64,000 nt of DNA from Auanema rhodensis (Eukaryota; Animalia; Nematoda): the NCBI GenBank assembly GCA_964057225.1, contig OZ059900.1, forward strand, positions 1,798,001 through 1,862,000, in the 5' to 3' direction. The translations under genes were made by a program, and so were the position numbers. Positions 11,601 through 27,100 of the stretch are shown one piece after another (the first letter of the stretch is position 1; every line of letters starts with the position of its first letter). A model generated the notes under the pieces. The model had not been told where the DNA came from, made no database searches, and worked only from the letters and a program-made list of their open reading frames with translations.

Positions 11601-13149
11601 TAAACGCTAGTGATGTTTAAATACTGAATTTCGCTCAAATAGCATTACTACACTAAGTATGGTCGTTTTTATGCCTTTAACACCATATACTCACCGATTT
11701 TTGGTACAAAATCTGTAATACTCGTAAATTTTGATCATATTCGTTAAGATTTGAGAATCAAACATACAATACACAAAATCAGTCTATTTTTATGAGCTTG
11801 CACTGATATATATTCATTTTGATCAAAAAAGGTCGAAAATAGAAAGAATTTTTGAAATTTCCGAGTTTTGAGTCTAATTTGGCTAAATCGCTCATATATA
11901 TGATCAAAAGCATAGTTTTATTGTCTATGACAACAAAAGTCATCAATTAAATGCTAGTGATGTTTAAATACTGAATTTCGCTCAAATAGCATTACTACAC
12001 TAAGTATGGTCGTTTTTATGCCTTTAACACCATATACTCACCGATTTTTGGTACAAAATCTGTAATACTCGTAAATTTTGATCATATCCGGTGAGATTCG
12101 AGAATCAAACACACAATACACGAAATAAGTTTATTTTGACGAGTTTGCACTGGTATTTATTCATTTTGATCAAAAAAGGTCGAAAATAGAAAGAATTTTT
12201 GAATTTTCCGAGTTTTGAGTCCAATTGGGCTAAATCGCTCATATATATGATCAAAAGCATAGTTTTACTGTCTATGATAACAAAAGTCTTCAAATATACA
12301 CTAATAATGTGTAAATCACTGAATTTCACTCAAATAGCTTTACTACACTAAGTATGGTCGTTTTTATGCCTTTAACACCATATACTCACCGATTTTTGGT
12401 ACAAAATCTGTAATACTCGTAAATTTCGATCATATTCGTTAAGATTCGAGAATCAAACACACAATACACGAAATAAGTTTATTTTTACGAGTTTGCACTG
12501 ATATTTATTCATTTTGATCAAAAAAGGTCGAAAATAGAAAGAATTTTTGAATTTTCCGAGTTTTGAGTCCAATTGGGCTAAATCGCTCATATATATGATC
12601 AAAAGCATAGTTTCACTGTCTATGATAACAAAAGTCTTCAAATATACACTAGTAATGATTAAATCACTGAATTTCACTCAAATAGCATTACTACACTAAG
12701 TATGGTCGTTTTTATGCCTTTAACACCATATACTCACCGATTTTTGGTACAAAATCTGTAATACTTGTAAATTTTGATCATATTTGTTAAGATTCGAGAA
12801 TCAAACACATAATACACGAAATAAGTCTATTTTTACAAGTTTGCACTGATATTTATTCATTTTGATCAAAAAAAGGTCGAAAATAGAAAAATTTTTTGAA
12901 TTTTCCGAGTTTTGAGTCCAATTGGGCTAAATCGCTAATATATATGATCAAAAGCATAGTTTTACTGTCTATGATAACAAAAGTCTTCAAATATACACTA
13001 ATAATGTGTAAATCACTGAATTTCACTCAAATAGCTTTACTACACTAAGTATGGTCGTTTTTATGCCTTTAACACCATATACTCACCGATTTTTGGTACA
13101 AAATCTGTAATACTCGTAAATTTCGATCATATTCGTTAAGATTCGAGAA

Positions 13150-15582
13150 TCAAACACACAATACACGAAATAAGTTTATTTTTACGAGTTTGCACTGATA
13201 TTTATTCATTTTGATCAAAAAAGGTCGAAAATAGAAAGAATTTTTGAATTTTCCGAGTTTTGAGTCCAATTGGGCTAAATCGCTCATGTATATGATCAAA
13301 AGCATAGTTTCACTGTCTATGATAACAAAAGTCTTCAAATATACACTAATAATGATTAAATCACTGAATTTCACTCAAATAGCATTACTACACTAAGTAT
13401 GGTCGTTTTTATGCCTTTAACACCATATACTCACCGATTTTTGGTACAAAATCTGTAATACTTGTAAATTTTGATCATATTTGTTAAGATTCGAGAATCA
13501 AACACATAATACACAAAATAAGTCTATTTTTACAAGTTTGCACTGATATTTATTCATTTTGATCAAAAAAGGTCGAAAATAGAAAGAATTTTTGAAATTT
13601 CCGAGTTTTGAGTCCAATTTGGCTAAATCGCTCATATATATGATCAAAAGCATAGTTTTATTGTCTATAACAACAAAAGTCATCAATTAAACGCTAGTGA
13701 TGTTTAAATACTGAATTTCGCTCAAATAGCATTACTACACTAAGTATGGTCGTTTTTATGCCTTTAACACCATATACTCACCGATTTTTGGTACAAAATC
13801 TGTAATACTCGTAGATTTTGATCATATTCGGTGAGATTCGAGAATCAAACACACAATACACGAAATAAGTTTATTTTTACGAGTTTGCACTGATATTTAT
13901 TCATTTTGATCAAAAAAGGTCGAAAATAGAAAGAATTTTTGAATTTTCCGAGTTTTGAGTCGAATTGGGCTAAATCGCTCATATATATGATCAAAAGCAT
14001 AGTTTTACTGTCTATGACAACAAAAGTCATCAATTAAATGCTAGTGATGTTTAAATACTGAATTTCGCTCAAATAGCATTACTACACTAAGTATGGTCGT
14101 TTTTATGCCTTTAACACCATATACTCACCGATTTTTGGTACAAAATCTGTAATACTCGTAAATTTTGATCATATTCGGTGAGATTCGAGAATCAAACACA
14201 CAATACACGAAATAAGTTTATTTTGACGAGTTTGCACTGGTATTTATTCATTTTGATCAAAAAAGGTCGAAAATAGAAAGAATTTTTGAATTTTCCGAGT
14301 TTTGAGTCTAATTTGGCTAAATCGCTAATATATATGATCAAAAGCATAGTTTTACTGTCTATGATAACAAAAGTCTTCAAATATACACTAATAATGTGTA
14401 AATCACTGAATTTCACTCAAATAGCTTTACTACACTAAGTATGGTCGTTTTTATGCCTTTAACACCATATACTCACCGATTTTTGGTACAAAATCTGTAA
14501 TACTCGTAAATTTCGATCATATTCGTTAAGATTCGAGAATCAAACACACAATACACGAAATAAGTCTATTTTTACAAGTTTGCACTGATATTTATTCATT
14601 TTGATCAAAAAAGGTCGAAAATAGAAAGAATTTTTGAATTTTCCGAGTTTTGAGTCCAATTGGGCTAAATCGCTCATGTATATGATCAAAAGCATAGTTT
14701 CACTGTCTATGATAACAAAAGTCTTCAAATATACACTAATAATGATTAAATCACTGAATTTCACTCAAATAGCATTACTACACTAAGTATGGTCGTTTTT
14801 ATGCCTTTAACACCATATACTCACCGATTTTTGGTACAAAATCTGTAATACTTGTAAATTTTGATCATATTTGTTAAGATTCGAGAATCAAACACATAAT
14901 ACACAAAATAAGTCTATTTTTACAAGTTTGCACTGATATTTATTCATTTTGATCAAAAAAGGTCGAAAATAGAAAGAATTTTTGAAATTTCCGAGTTTTG
15001 AGTCCAATTTGGCTAAATCGCTCATATATATGATCAAAAGCATAGTTTTATTGTCTATAACAACAAAAGTCATCAATTAAACGCTAGTGATGTTTAAATA
15101 CTGAATTTCGCTCAAATAGCATTACTACACTAAGTATGGTCGTTTTTATGCCTTTAACACCATATACTCACCGATTTTTGGTACAAAATCTGTAATACTC
15201 GTAGATTTTGATCATATTCGGTGAGATTCGAGAATCAAACACACAATACACGAAATAAGTTTATTTTTACGAGTTTGCACTGATATTTATTCATTTTGAT
15301 CAAAAAAGGTCGAAAATAGAAAGAATTTTTGAATTTTCCGAGTTTTGAGTCGAATTGGGCTAAATCGCTCATATATATGATCAAAAGCATAGTTTTACTG
15401 TCTATGATAACAAAAGTCTTCAAATATACACTAATAATGATTAAATCACTGAATTTCACTCAAATAGCATTACTACACTAAGTATGGTCGTTTTTATGCC
15501 TTTAACACCATATACTCACCGATTTTTGGTACAAAATCTGTGATACTCGTAAATTTTGATCATATTCGTTAAGATTTGAGAA
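13150..15582 (+). repeat. Imperfect 1390-bp duplication rich in mosaic monomers
   Basis: The variant ctcatgtatatg occurs at about 13288 and 14678, and tcgtagatt at about 13814 and 15204; both offsets are 1390. Confidence 0.8.
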
Positions 15583-18500
15583 TCAAACATACAATACACA
15601 AAATCAGTCTATTTTTATGAGCTTGCACTGATATATATTCATTTTGATCAAAAAAGGTCGAAAATAGAATGAATTTTTGAAATTTCCGAGTTTTGAGTCT
15701 AATTTGGCTAAATCGCTCATATATATGATCAAAAGCATAGTTTTACTGTCTATGATAACAAAAGTCTTCAAATATACACTAATAATGATTAAATCACTGA
15801 TTTTCAGTCAAATAGCATTACTACACTAAGTATGGTCGTTTTTATGCCTTTAACACCATATACTCACCGATTTTTGGTACAAAATCTGTAATACTTGTAA
15901 ATTTTGATCATATTTGTTAAGATTCGAGAATCAAACACATAATACACGAAATAAGTCTATTTTTACAAGTTTGCACTGATATTTATTCATTTTGATCAAA
16001 AAAGGTCGAAAATAGAAAAATTTTTTGAAATTTCCGAGTTTTGAGTCCAATTTGGCTAAATCGCTCATATATAAGATCAAAAGCATAGTTTTATTGTCTA
16101 TAACAACAAAAGTCATCAATTAAACGCTAGTGATATTTAAATACTGATTTTCGCTCAAGTAGCATTACTACACTAAGTATGGTCGTTTTCATGCCTTTAA
16201 CACCATATACTCACCGATTTTTGGTACAAAATCTGTAATACTTGTAAATTTTGATCATATTCGTTAAGATTTGAGAATCGAACATACAATACACAAAATC
16301 AGTCTATTTTTATGAGCTTGCACTGATATATATTCATTTTGATCAAAAAAGGTCGAAAATAGAAAGAATTTTTGAAATTTCCGAGTTTTGAGTCTAATTT
16401 GGCTAAATCGCTCATATATATGATCAGAAGCATAGTTTTAATGTCTATGACAACAAAAATCATCAATTAAACGCTAGTGATATTTAAATACTGATTTTCG
16501 CTCAAATAGCATTACTACACTAAGTATGGTCGTTTTTATGCTTTTAACACCATATACTCACCGATTTTTGGTACAAAATCTGTAATACTCGTAAAATTTG
16601 ATCATATTTGTTAAGATTTGAGAATCAAACACACAATACACAAAATCAGTCTATTTTTATGAGTTTACACTGATATATATTCATTTTCATCAAAAAAGGT
16701 CGAAAATAGAAAGAATTTTTGAATTTTCCGAGTTTTGAGTCGAATTGGGCTAAATCGCTCATATAAATGATCAAAAGCATAGTTTTACTGTCTATGATAA
16801 CAAAAGTCTTCAAATATACACTAATAATGATTAAATCACTGAATTTCACTCAAATAGCATTACTACACTAAGTATGGTCGTTTTTATGCCTTTAACACCA
16901 TATACTCACCGATTTTTGGTACAAAATCTGTAATACTCGTAAATTTCGATCATATTCGTTAAGATTCGAGAATCAAACACACAATACACGAAATAAGTTT
17001 ATTTTGACGAATTTGCACTGATATTTATTCATTTTGATCAAAAAAGGTCGAAAATAGAAAGAATTTTTTAATTTTCCGAGTTTTGAGTCCAATTGGGCTA
17101 AATCGCTCATATATATGATCAAAAGCATAGTTTCACTGTCTATGATAACAAAAGTCTTCAAATATACACTAGTAATGATTAAATCACTGAATTTCACTCA
17201 AATAGCATTACTACACTAAGTATGGTCGTTTTTATGCCTTTAACACCATATACTCACCGATTTTTGGTACAAAATCTGTAATACTTGTAAATTTTGATCA
17301 TATTTGTTAAGATTCGAGAATCAAACACATAATACACGAAATAAGTCTATTTTTACAAGTTTGCACTGATATTTATTCATTTTGATCAAAAAAAGGTCGA
17401 AAATAGAAAAATTTTTTGAAATTTCCGAGTTTTGAGTCCAATTTGGCTAAATCGCTCATATATAAGATCAAAAGCATAGTTTTATTGTCTATAACAACAA
17501 AAGTCATCAATTAAACGCTAGTGATATTTAAATACTGATTTTCGCTCAAGTAGCATTACTACACTAAGTATGGTCGTTTTTATGCCTTTAACACCATATA
17601 CTCACCGATTTTTGGTACAAAATCTGTAATACTTGTAAATTTTGATCATATTCGTTAAGATTTGAGAATCGAACATACAATACACAAAATCAGTCTATTT
17701 TTATGAGCTTGCACTGATATATATTCATTTTGATCAAAAAAGGTCGAAAATAGAAAGAATTTTTGAAATTTCCGAGTTTTGAGTCTAATTTGGCTAAATC
17801 GCTCATATATATGATCAGAAGCATAGTTTTAATGTCTATGACAACAAAAATCATCAATTAAACGCTAGTGATATTTAAATACTGATTTTCGCTCAAGTAG
17901 CATTACTACACTAAGTATGGTCGTTTTTATGCCTTTAACACCATATACTCACCGATTTTTGGTACAAAATCTGTAATACTTGTAAATTTTGATCATATTC
18001 GTTAAGATTTGAGAATCGAACATACAATACACAAAATCAGTCTATTTTTATGAGCTTGCACTGATATATATTCATTTTGATCAAAAAAGGTCGAAAATAG
18101 AAAGAATTTTTGAATTTTCCGAGTTTTGAGTCGAATTGGGCTAAATCGCTCATATATATGATCAAAAGCATAGTTTTACTGTCTATGATAACAAAAGTCT
18201 TCAAATATACACTAATAATGATTAAATCACTGAATTTCACTCAAATAGCATTACTACACTAAGTATGGTCGTTTTTATGCCTTTAACACCATATACTCAC
18301 CGATTTTTGGTACAAAATCTGTAATACTCGTAAATTTCGATCATATTCGTTAAGATTCGAGAATCAAACACACAATACACGAAATAAGTTTATTTTGACG
18401 AATTTGCACTGATATTTATTCATTTTGATCAAAAAAGGTCGAAAATAGAAAGAATTTTTTAATTTTCCGAGTTTTGAGTCCAATTGGGCTAAATCGCTCA

Positions 18501-21500
18501 TATATATGATCAAAAGCATAGTTTCACTGTCTATGATAACAAAAGTCTTCAAATATACACTAGTAATGATTAAATCACTGAATTTCACTCAAATAGCATT
18601 ACTACACTAAGTATGGTCGTTTTTATGCCTTTAACACCATATACTCACCGATTTTTGGTACAAAATCTGTGATACTCGTAAATTTTGATCATATTCGTTA
18701 AGATTTGAGAATCAAACATACAATACACAAAATCAGTCTATTTTTATGAGCTTGCACTGATATATATTCATTTTGATCAAAAAAGGTCGAAAATAGAATG
18801 AATTTTTGAAATTTCCGAGTTTTGAGTCTAATTTGGCTAAATCGCTCATATATATGATCAAAAGCATAGTTTTACTGTCTATGATAACAAAAGTCTTCAA
18901 ATATACACTAATAATGATTAAATCACTGATTTTCAGTCAAATAGCATTACTACACTAAGTATGGTCGTTTTTATGCCTTTAACACCATATACTCACCGAT
19001 TTTTGGTACAAAATCTGTAATACTTGTAAATTTTGATCATATTTGTTAAGATTCGAGAATCAAACACATAATACACGAAATAAGTCTATTTTTACAAGTT
19101 TGCACTGATATTTATTCATTTTGATCAAAAAAGGTCGAAAATAGAAAAAATTTTTGAAATTTCCGAGTTTTGAGTCCAATTTGGCTAAATCGCTCATATA
19201 TAAGATCAAAAGCATAGTTTTATTGTCTATAACAACGAAAGTCATCAATTAAACGCTAGTGATATTTAAATACTGATTTTCGCTCAAGTAGCATTACTAC
19301 ACTAAGTATGGTCGTTTTCATGCCTTTAACACCATATACTCACCGATTTTTGGTACAAAATCTGTAATACTTGTAAATTTTGATCATATTCGTTAAGATT
19401 TGAGAATCGAACATACAATACACAAAATCAGTCTATTTTTATGAGCTTGCACTGATATATATTCATTTTGATCAAAAAAGGTCGAAAATAGAAAGAATTT
19501 TTGAAATTTCCGAGTTTTGAGTCTAATTTGGCTAAATCGCTCATATATATGATCAGAAGCATAGTTTTAATGTCTATGACAACAAAAATCATCAATTAAA
19601 CGCTAGTGATATTTAAATACTGATTTTCGCTCAAATAGCATTACTACACTAAGTATGGTCGTTTTTATGCTTTTAACACCATATACTCACCGATTTTTGG
19701 TACAAAATCTGTAATACTCGTAAAATTTGATCATATTTGTTAAGATTTGAGAATCAAACACACAATACACAAAATCAGTCTATTTTTATGAGTTTACACT
19801 GATATATATTCATTTTCATCAAAAAAGGTCGAAAATAGAAAGAATTTTTGAATTTTCCGAGTTTTGAGTCGAATTGGGCTAAATCGCTCATATATATGAT
19901 CAAAAGCATAGTTTTACTGTCTATGATAACAAAAGTCTTCAAATATACACTAATAATGATTAAATCACTGAATTTCACTCAAATAGCATTACTACACTAA
20001 GTATGGTCGTTTTTATGCCTTTAACACCATATACTCACCGATTTTTGGTACAAAATCTGTAATACTCGTAAATTTCGATCATATTCGTTAAGATTCGAGA
20101 ATCAAACACACAATACACGAAATAAGTTTATTTTGACGAATTTGCACTGATATTTATTCATTTTGATCAAAAAAGGTCGAAAATAGAAAGAATTTTTTAA
20201 TTTTCCGAGTTTTGAGTCCAATTGGGCTAAATCGCTCATATATATGATCAAAAGCATAGTTTCACTGTCTATGATAACAAAAGTCTTCAAATATACACTA
20301 GTAATGATTAAATCACTGAATTTCACTCAAATAGCATTACTACACTAAGTATGGTCGTTTTTATGCCTTTAACACCATATACTCACCGATTTTTGGTACA
20401 AAATCTGTAATACTTGTAAATTTTGATCATATTTGTTAAGATTCGAGAATCAAACACATAATACACGAAATAAGTCTATTTTTACAAGTTTGCACTGATA
20501 TTTATTCATTTTGATCAAAAAAAGGTCGAAAATAGAAAAATTTTTTGAAATTTCCGAGTTTTGAGTCCAATTTGGCTAAATCGCTCATATATAAGATCAA
20601 AAGCATAGTTTTATTGTCTATAACAACAAAAGTCATCAATTAAACGCTAGTGATATTTAAATACTGATTTTCGCTCAAGTAGCATTACTACACTAAGTAT
20701 GGTCGTTTTTATGCCTTTAACACCATATACTCACCGATTTTTGGTACAAAATCTGTAATACTTGTAAATTTTGATCATATTCGTTAAGATTTGAGAATCG
20801 AACATACAATACACAAAATCAGTCTATTTTTATGAGCTTGCACTGATATATATTCATTTTGATCAAAAAAGGTCGAAAATAGAAAGAATTTTTGAAATTT
20901 CCGAGTTTTGAGTCTAATTTGGCTAAATCGCTCATATATATGATCAGAAGCATAGTTTTAATGTCTATGACAACAAAAATCATCAATTAAACGCTAGTGA
21001 TATTTAAATACTGATTTTCGCTCAAGTAGCATTACTACACTAAGTATGGTCGTTTTTATGCCTTTAACACCATATACTCACCGATTTTTGGTACAAAATC
21101 TGTAATACTTGTAAATTTTGATCATATTCGTTAAGATTTGAGAATCGAACATACAATACACAAAATCAGTCTATTTTTATGAGCTTGCACTGATATATAT
21201 TCATTTTGATCAAAAAAGGTCGAAAATAGAAAGAATTTTTGAATTTTCCGAGTTTTGAGTCGAATTGGGCTAAATCGCTCATATATATGATCAAAAGCAT
21301 AGTTTTACTGTCTATGATAACAAAAGTCTTCAAATATACACTAATAATGATTAAATCACTGAATTTCACTCAAATAGCATTACTACACTAAGTATGGTCG
21401 TTTTTATGCCTTTAACACCATATACTCACCGATTTTTGGTACAAAATCTGTAATACTCGTAAATTTCGATCATATTCGTTAAGATTTGAGAATCAAACAC

Positions 21501-24120
21501 ACAATACACGAAATAAGTTTATTTTGACGAATTTGCACTGATATTTATTCATTTTGATCAAAAAAGGTCGAAAATAGAAAGAATTTTTTAATTTTCCGAG
21601 TTTTGAGTCCAATTGGGCTAAATCGCTCATATATATGATCAAAAGCATAGTTTCACTGTCTATGATAACAAAAGTCTTCAAATATACACTAGTAATGATT
21701 AAATCACTGAATTTCACTCAAATAGCATTACTACACTAAGTATGGTCGTTTTTATGCCTTTAACACCATATACTCACCGATTTTTGGTACAAAATCTGTG
21801 ATACTCGTAAATTTTGATCATATTCGTTAAGATTTGAGAATCAAACATACAATACACAAAATCAGTCTATTTTTATGAGCTTGCACTGATATATATTCAT
21901 TTTGATCAAAAAAGGTCGAAAATAGAATGAATTTTTGAAATTTCCGAGTTTTGAGTCTAATTTGGCTAAATCGCTCATATATATGATCAAAAGCATAGTT
22001 TTACTGTCTATGATAACAAAAGTCTTCAAATATACACTAATAATGATTAAATCACTGATTTTCAGTCAAATAGCATTACTACACTAAGTATGGTCGTTTT
22101 TATGCCTTTAACACCATATACTCACCGATTTTTGGTACAAAATCTGTAATACTTGTAAATTTTGATCATATTTGTTAAGATTCGAGAATCAAACACATAA
22201 TACACGAAATAAGTCTATTTTTACAAGTTTGCACTGATATTTATTCATTTTGATCAAAAAAGGTCGAAAATAGAAAAAATTTTTGAAATTTCCGAGTTTT
22301 GAGTCCAATTTGGCTAAATCGCTCATATATAAGATCAAAAGCATAGTTTTATTGTCTATAACAACAAAAGTCATCAATTAAACGCTAGTGATATTTAAAT
22401 ACTGATTTTCGCTCAAGTAGCATTACTACACTAAGTATGGTCGTTTTCATGCCTTTAACACCATATACTCACCGATTTTTGGTACAAAATCTGTAATACT
22501 TGTAAATTTTGATCATATTCGTTAAGATTTGAGAATCGAACATACAATACACAAAATCAGTCTATTTTTATGAGCTTGCACTGATATATATTCATTTTGA
22601 TCAAAAAAGGTCGAAAATAGAAAGAATTTTTGAAATTTCCGAGTTTTGAGTCTAATTTGGCTAAATCGCTCATATATATGATCAGAAGCATAGTTTTAAT
22701 GTCTATGACAACAAAAATCATCAATTAAACGCTAGTGATATTTAAATACTGATTTTCGCTCAAATAGCATTACTACACTAAGTATGGTCGTTTTTATGCT
22801 TTTAACACCATATACTCACCGATTTTTGGTACAAAATCTGTAATACTCGTAAAATTTGATCATATTTGTTAAGATTTGAGAATCAAACACACAATACACA
22901 AAATCAGTCTATTTTTATGAGTTTACACTGATATATATTCATTTTCATCAAAAAAGGTCGAAAATAGAAAGAATTTTTGAATTTTCCGAGTTTTGAGTCG
23001 AATTGGGCTAAATCGCTCATATATATGATCAAAAGCATAGTTTTACTGTCTATGATAACAAAAGTCTTCAAATATACACTAATAATGATTAAATCACTGA
23101 ATTTCACTCAAATAGCATTACTACACTAAGTATGGTCGTTTTTATGCCTTTAACACCATATACTCACCGATTTTTGGTACAAAATCTGTAATACTCGTAA
23201 ATTTCGATCATATTCGTTAAGATTCGAGAATCAAACACACAATACACGAAATAAGTTTATTTTGACGAATTTGCACTGATATTTATTCATTTTGATCAAA
23301 AAAGGTCGAAAATAGAAAGAATTTTTTAATTTTCCGAGTTTTGAGTCCAATTGGGCTAAATCGCTCATATATATGATCAAAAGCATAGTTTCACTGTCTA
23401 TGATAACAAAAGTCTTCAAATATACACTAGTAATGATTAAATCACTGAATTTCACTCAAATAGCATTACTACACTAAGTATGGTCGTTTTTATGCCTTTA
23501 ACACCATATACTCACCGATTTTTGGTACAAAATCTGTAATACTTGTAAATTTTGATCATATTTGTTAAGATTCGAGAATCAAACACATAATACACGAAAT
23601 AAGTCTATTTTTACAAGTTTGCACTGATATTTATTCATTTTGATCAAAAAAAGGTCGAAAATAGAAAAATTTTTTGAAATTTCCGAGTTTTGAGTCCAAT
23701 TTGGCTAAATCGCTCATATATAAGATCAAAAGCATAGTTTTATTGTCTATAACAACAAAAGTCATCAATTAAACGCTAGTGATATTTAAATACTGATTTT
23801 CGCTCAAGTAGCATTACTACACTAAGTATGGTCGTTTTTATGCCTTTAACACCATATACTCACCGATTTTTGGTACAAAATCTGTAATACTTGTAAATTT
23901 TGATCATATTCGTTAAGATTTGAGAATCGAACATACAATACACAAAATCAGTCTATTTTTATGAGCTTGCACTGATATATATTCATTTTGATCAAAAAAG
24001 GTCGAAAATAGAAAGAATTTTTGAAATTTCCGAGTTTTGAGTCTAATTTGGCTAAATCGCTCATATATATGATCAGAAGCATAGTTTTAATGTCTATGAC
24101 AACAAAAATCATCAATTAAA
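15583..24120 (+). repeat. 9-mer HOR (E-C'-D'-F-B'-C''-D'-D'/F-B'), 3129-bp unit, about 2.7 tandem copies
   Basis: ORF-track coordinates 15931/19060/22189, 16646/19775/22904, 16973/20102/23231 and 18037/21166 are all spaced 3129 apart. Diagnostic variants (tgtgatac, gaatgaat, ttttcatgcc, atgctttt) repeat in phase. Confidence 0.92.
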
Positions 24121-27100
24121 CGCTAGTGTTGTTTAAATACTGATTTTCGCTCAAATAGCATTACTACACTAAGTATGGTCGTTTTTATGCCTTTAACACC
24201 ATATACTCACCGATTTTTGGTACAAAATCTGTAATACTCGTAAAATTTGATCATATTTGTTAAGATTTGAGAATCAAACACACAATACACAAAATCAGTC
24301 TATTTTTATGAGTTTACACTGATATATATTCATTTTCATCAAAAAAGGTCGAAAATAGAAAGAATTTTTGAATTTTCCGAGTTTTGAGTCGAATTGGGCT
24401 AAATCGCTCATATATATGATCAAAAGCATAGTTTTACTGTCTATGATAACAAAAGTCTTCAAATATACACTAATAATGATTAAATCACTGAATTTCACTC
24501 AAATAGCATTACTACACTAAGTATGGTCGTTTTTATGCCTTTAACACCATATACTCACCGATTTTTGGTACAAAATCTGTAATACTTGTAAATTTTGATC
24601 ATATTTGTTAAGATTCGAGAATCAAACACATAATACACAAAATAAGTCTATTTTTACAAGTTTGCACTGATATTTATTCATTTTGATCAAAAAAGGTCGA
24701 AAATAGAAAGAATTTTTAAAATTTCCGAGTTTTGAGTCCAATTTGGCTAAATCGCTCATATATATGATCAAAAGCATAGTTTTATTGTCTATAACAACAA
24801 AAGTCATCAATTAAACGCTAGTGATGTTTAAATACTGAATTTCGCTCAAATAGCATTACTACACTAAGTATGGTCGTTTTTATGCCTTTAACACCATATA
24901 CTCACCGATTTTTGGTACAAAATCTGTAATACTCGTAAATTTTGATCATATTCGTTAAGATTTGAGAATCAAACATACAATACACAAAATCAGTCTATTT
25001 TTATGAGCTTGCACTGATATATATTCATTTTGATCAAAAAAGGTCGAAAATAGAAAGAATTTTTGAAATTTCCGAGTTTTGAGTCTAATTTGGCTAAATC
25101 GCTCATATATATGATCAAAAGCATAGTTTTATTGTCTATGACAACAAAAGTCATCAATTAAATGCTAGTGATGTTTAAATACTGAATTTCGCTCAAATAG
25201 CATTACTACACTAAGTATGGTCGTTTTTATGCCTTTAACACCATATACTCACCGATTTTTGGTACAAAATCTGTAATACTCGTAAATTTTGATCATATTC
25301 GGTGAGATTCGAGAATCAAACACACAATACACGAAATAAGTTTATTTTGACGAGTTTGCACTGGTATTTATTCATTTTGATCAAAAAAGGTCGAAAATAG
25401 AAAGAATTTTTGAATTTTCCGAGTTTTGAGTCCAATTGGGCTAAATCGCTAATATATATGATCAAAAGCATAGTTTTACTGTCTATGATAACAAAAGTCT
25501 TCAAATATACACTAATAATGTGTAAATCACTGAATTTCACTCAAATAGCTTTACTACACTAAGTATGGTCGTTTTTATGCCTTTAACACCATATACTCAC
25601 CGATTTTTGGTACAAAATCTGTAATACTCGTAAATTTCGATCATATTCGTTAAGATTCGAGAATCAAACACACAATACACGAAATAAGTTTATTTTTACG
25701 AGTTTGCACTGATATTTATTCATTTTGATCAAAAAAGGTCGAAAATAGAAAGAATTTTTGAATTTTCCGAGTTTTGAGTCCAATTGGGCTAAATCGCTCA
25801 TATATATGATCAAAAGCATAGTTTCACTGTCTATGATAACAAAAGTCTTCAAATATACACTAATAATGATTAAATCACTGAATTTCACTCAAATAGCATT
25901 ACTACACTAAGTATGGTCGTTTTTATGCCTTTAACACCATATACTCACCGATTTTTGGTACAAAATCTGTAATACTCGTAAATTTCGATCATATTCGTTA
26001 AGATTCGAGAATCAAACACACAATACACGAAATAAGTTTATTTTTACGAGTTTGCACTGATATTTATTCATTTTGATCAAAAAAGGTCGAAAATAGAAAG
26101 AATTTTTGAATTTTCCGAGTTTTGAGTCCAATTGGGCTAAATCGCTCATATATATGATCAAAAGCATAGTTTCACTGTCTATGATAACAAAAGTCTTCAA
26201 ATATACACTAGTAATGATGAAATCACTGAATTTCACTCAAATAGCATTACTACACTAAGTATGGTCGTTTTTATGCCTTTAACACCATATACTCACCGAT
26301 TTTTGGTACAAAATCTGTAATACTTGTAAATTTTGATCATATTTGTTAAGATTCGAGAATCAAACACATAATACACGAAATAAGTCTATTTTTACAAGTT
26401 TGCACTGATATTTATTCATTTTGATCAAAAAAGGTCGAAAATAGAAAGAATTTTTGAAATTTCCGAGTTTTGAGTCCAATTTGGCTAAATCGCTCATATA
26501 TATGATCAAAAGCATAGTGTTATTGTCTATAACAACAAAAGTCATCAATTAAACGCTAGTGATGTTTAAATACTGAATTTCGCTCAAATAGCATTACTAC
26601 ACTAAGTATGGTCGTTTTTATGCCTTTAACACCATATACTCACCGATTTTTGGTACAAAATCTGTAATACTCGTAAATTTTGATCATATTCGTTAAGATT
26701 TGAGAATCAAACATACAATACACAAAATCAGTCTATTTTTATGAGCTTGCACTGATATATATTCATTTTGATCAAAAAAGGTCGAAAATAGAAAGAATTT
26801 TTGAAATTTCCGAGTTTTGAGTCTAATTTGGCTAAATCGCTCATATATATGATCAAAAGCATAGTTTTATTGTCTATGACAACAAAAGTCATCAATTAAA
26901 TGCTAGTGATGTTTAAATACTGAATTTCGCTCAAATAGCATTACTACACTAAGTATGGTCGTTTTTATGCCTTTAACACCATATACTCACCGATTTTTGG
27001 TACAAAATCTGTAATACTCGTAAATTTTGATCATATCCGGTGAGATTCGAGAATCAAACACACAATACACGAAATAAGTTTATTTTGACGAGTTTGCACT

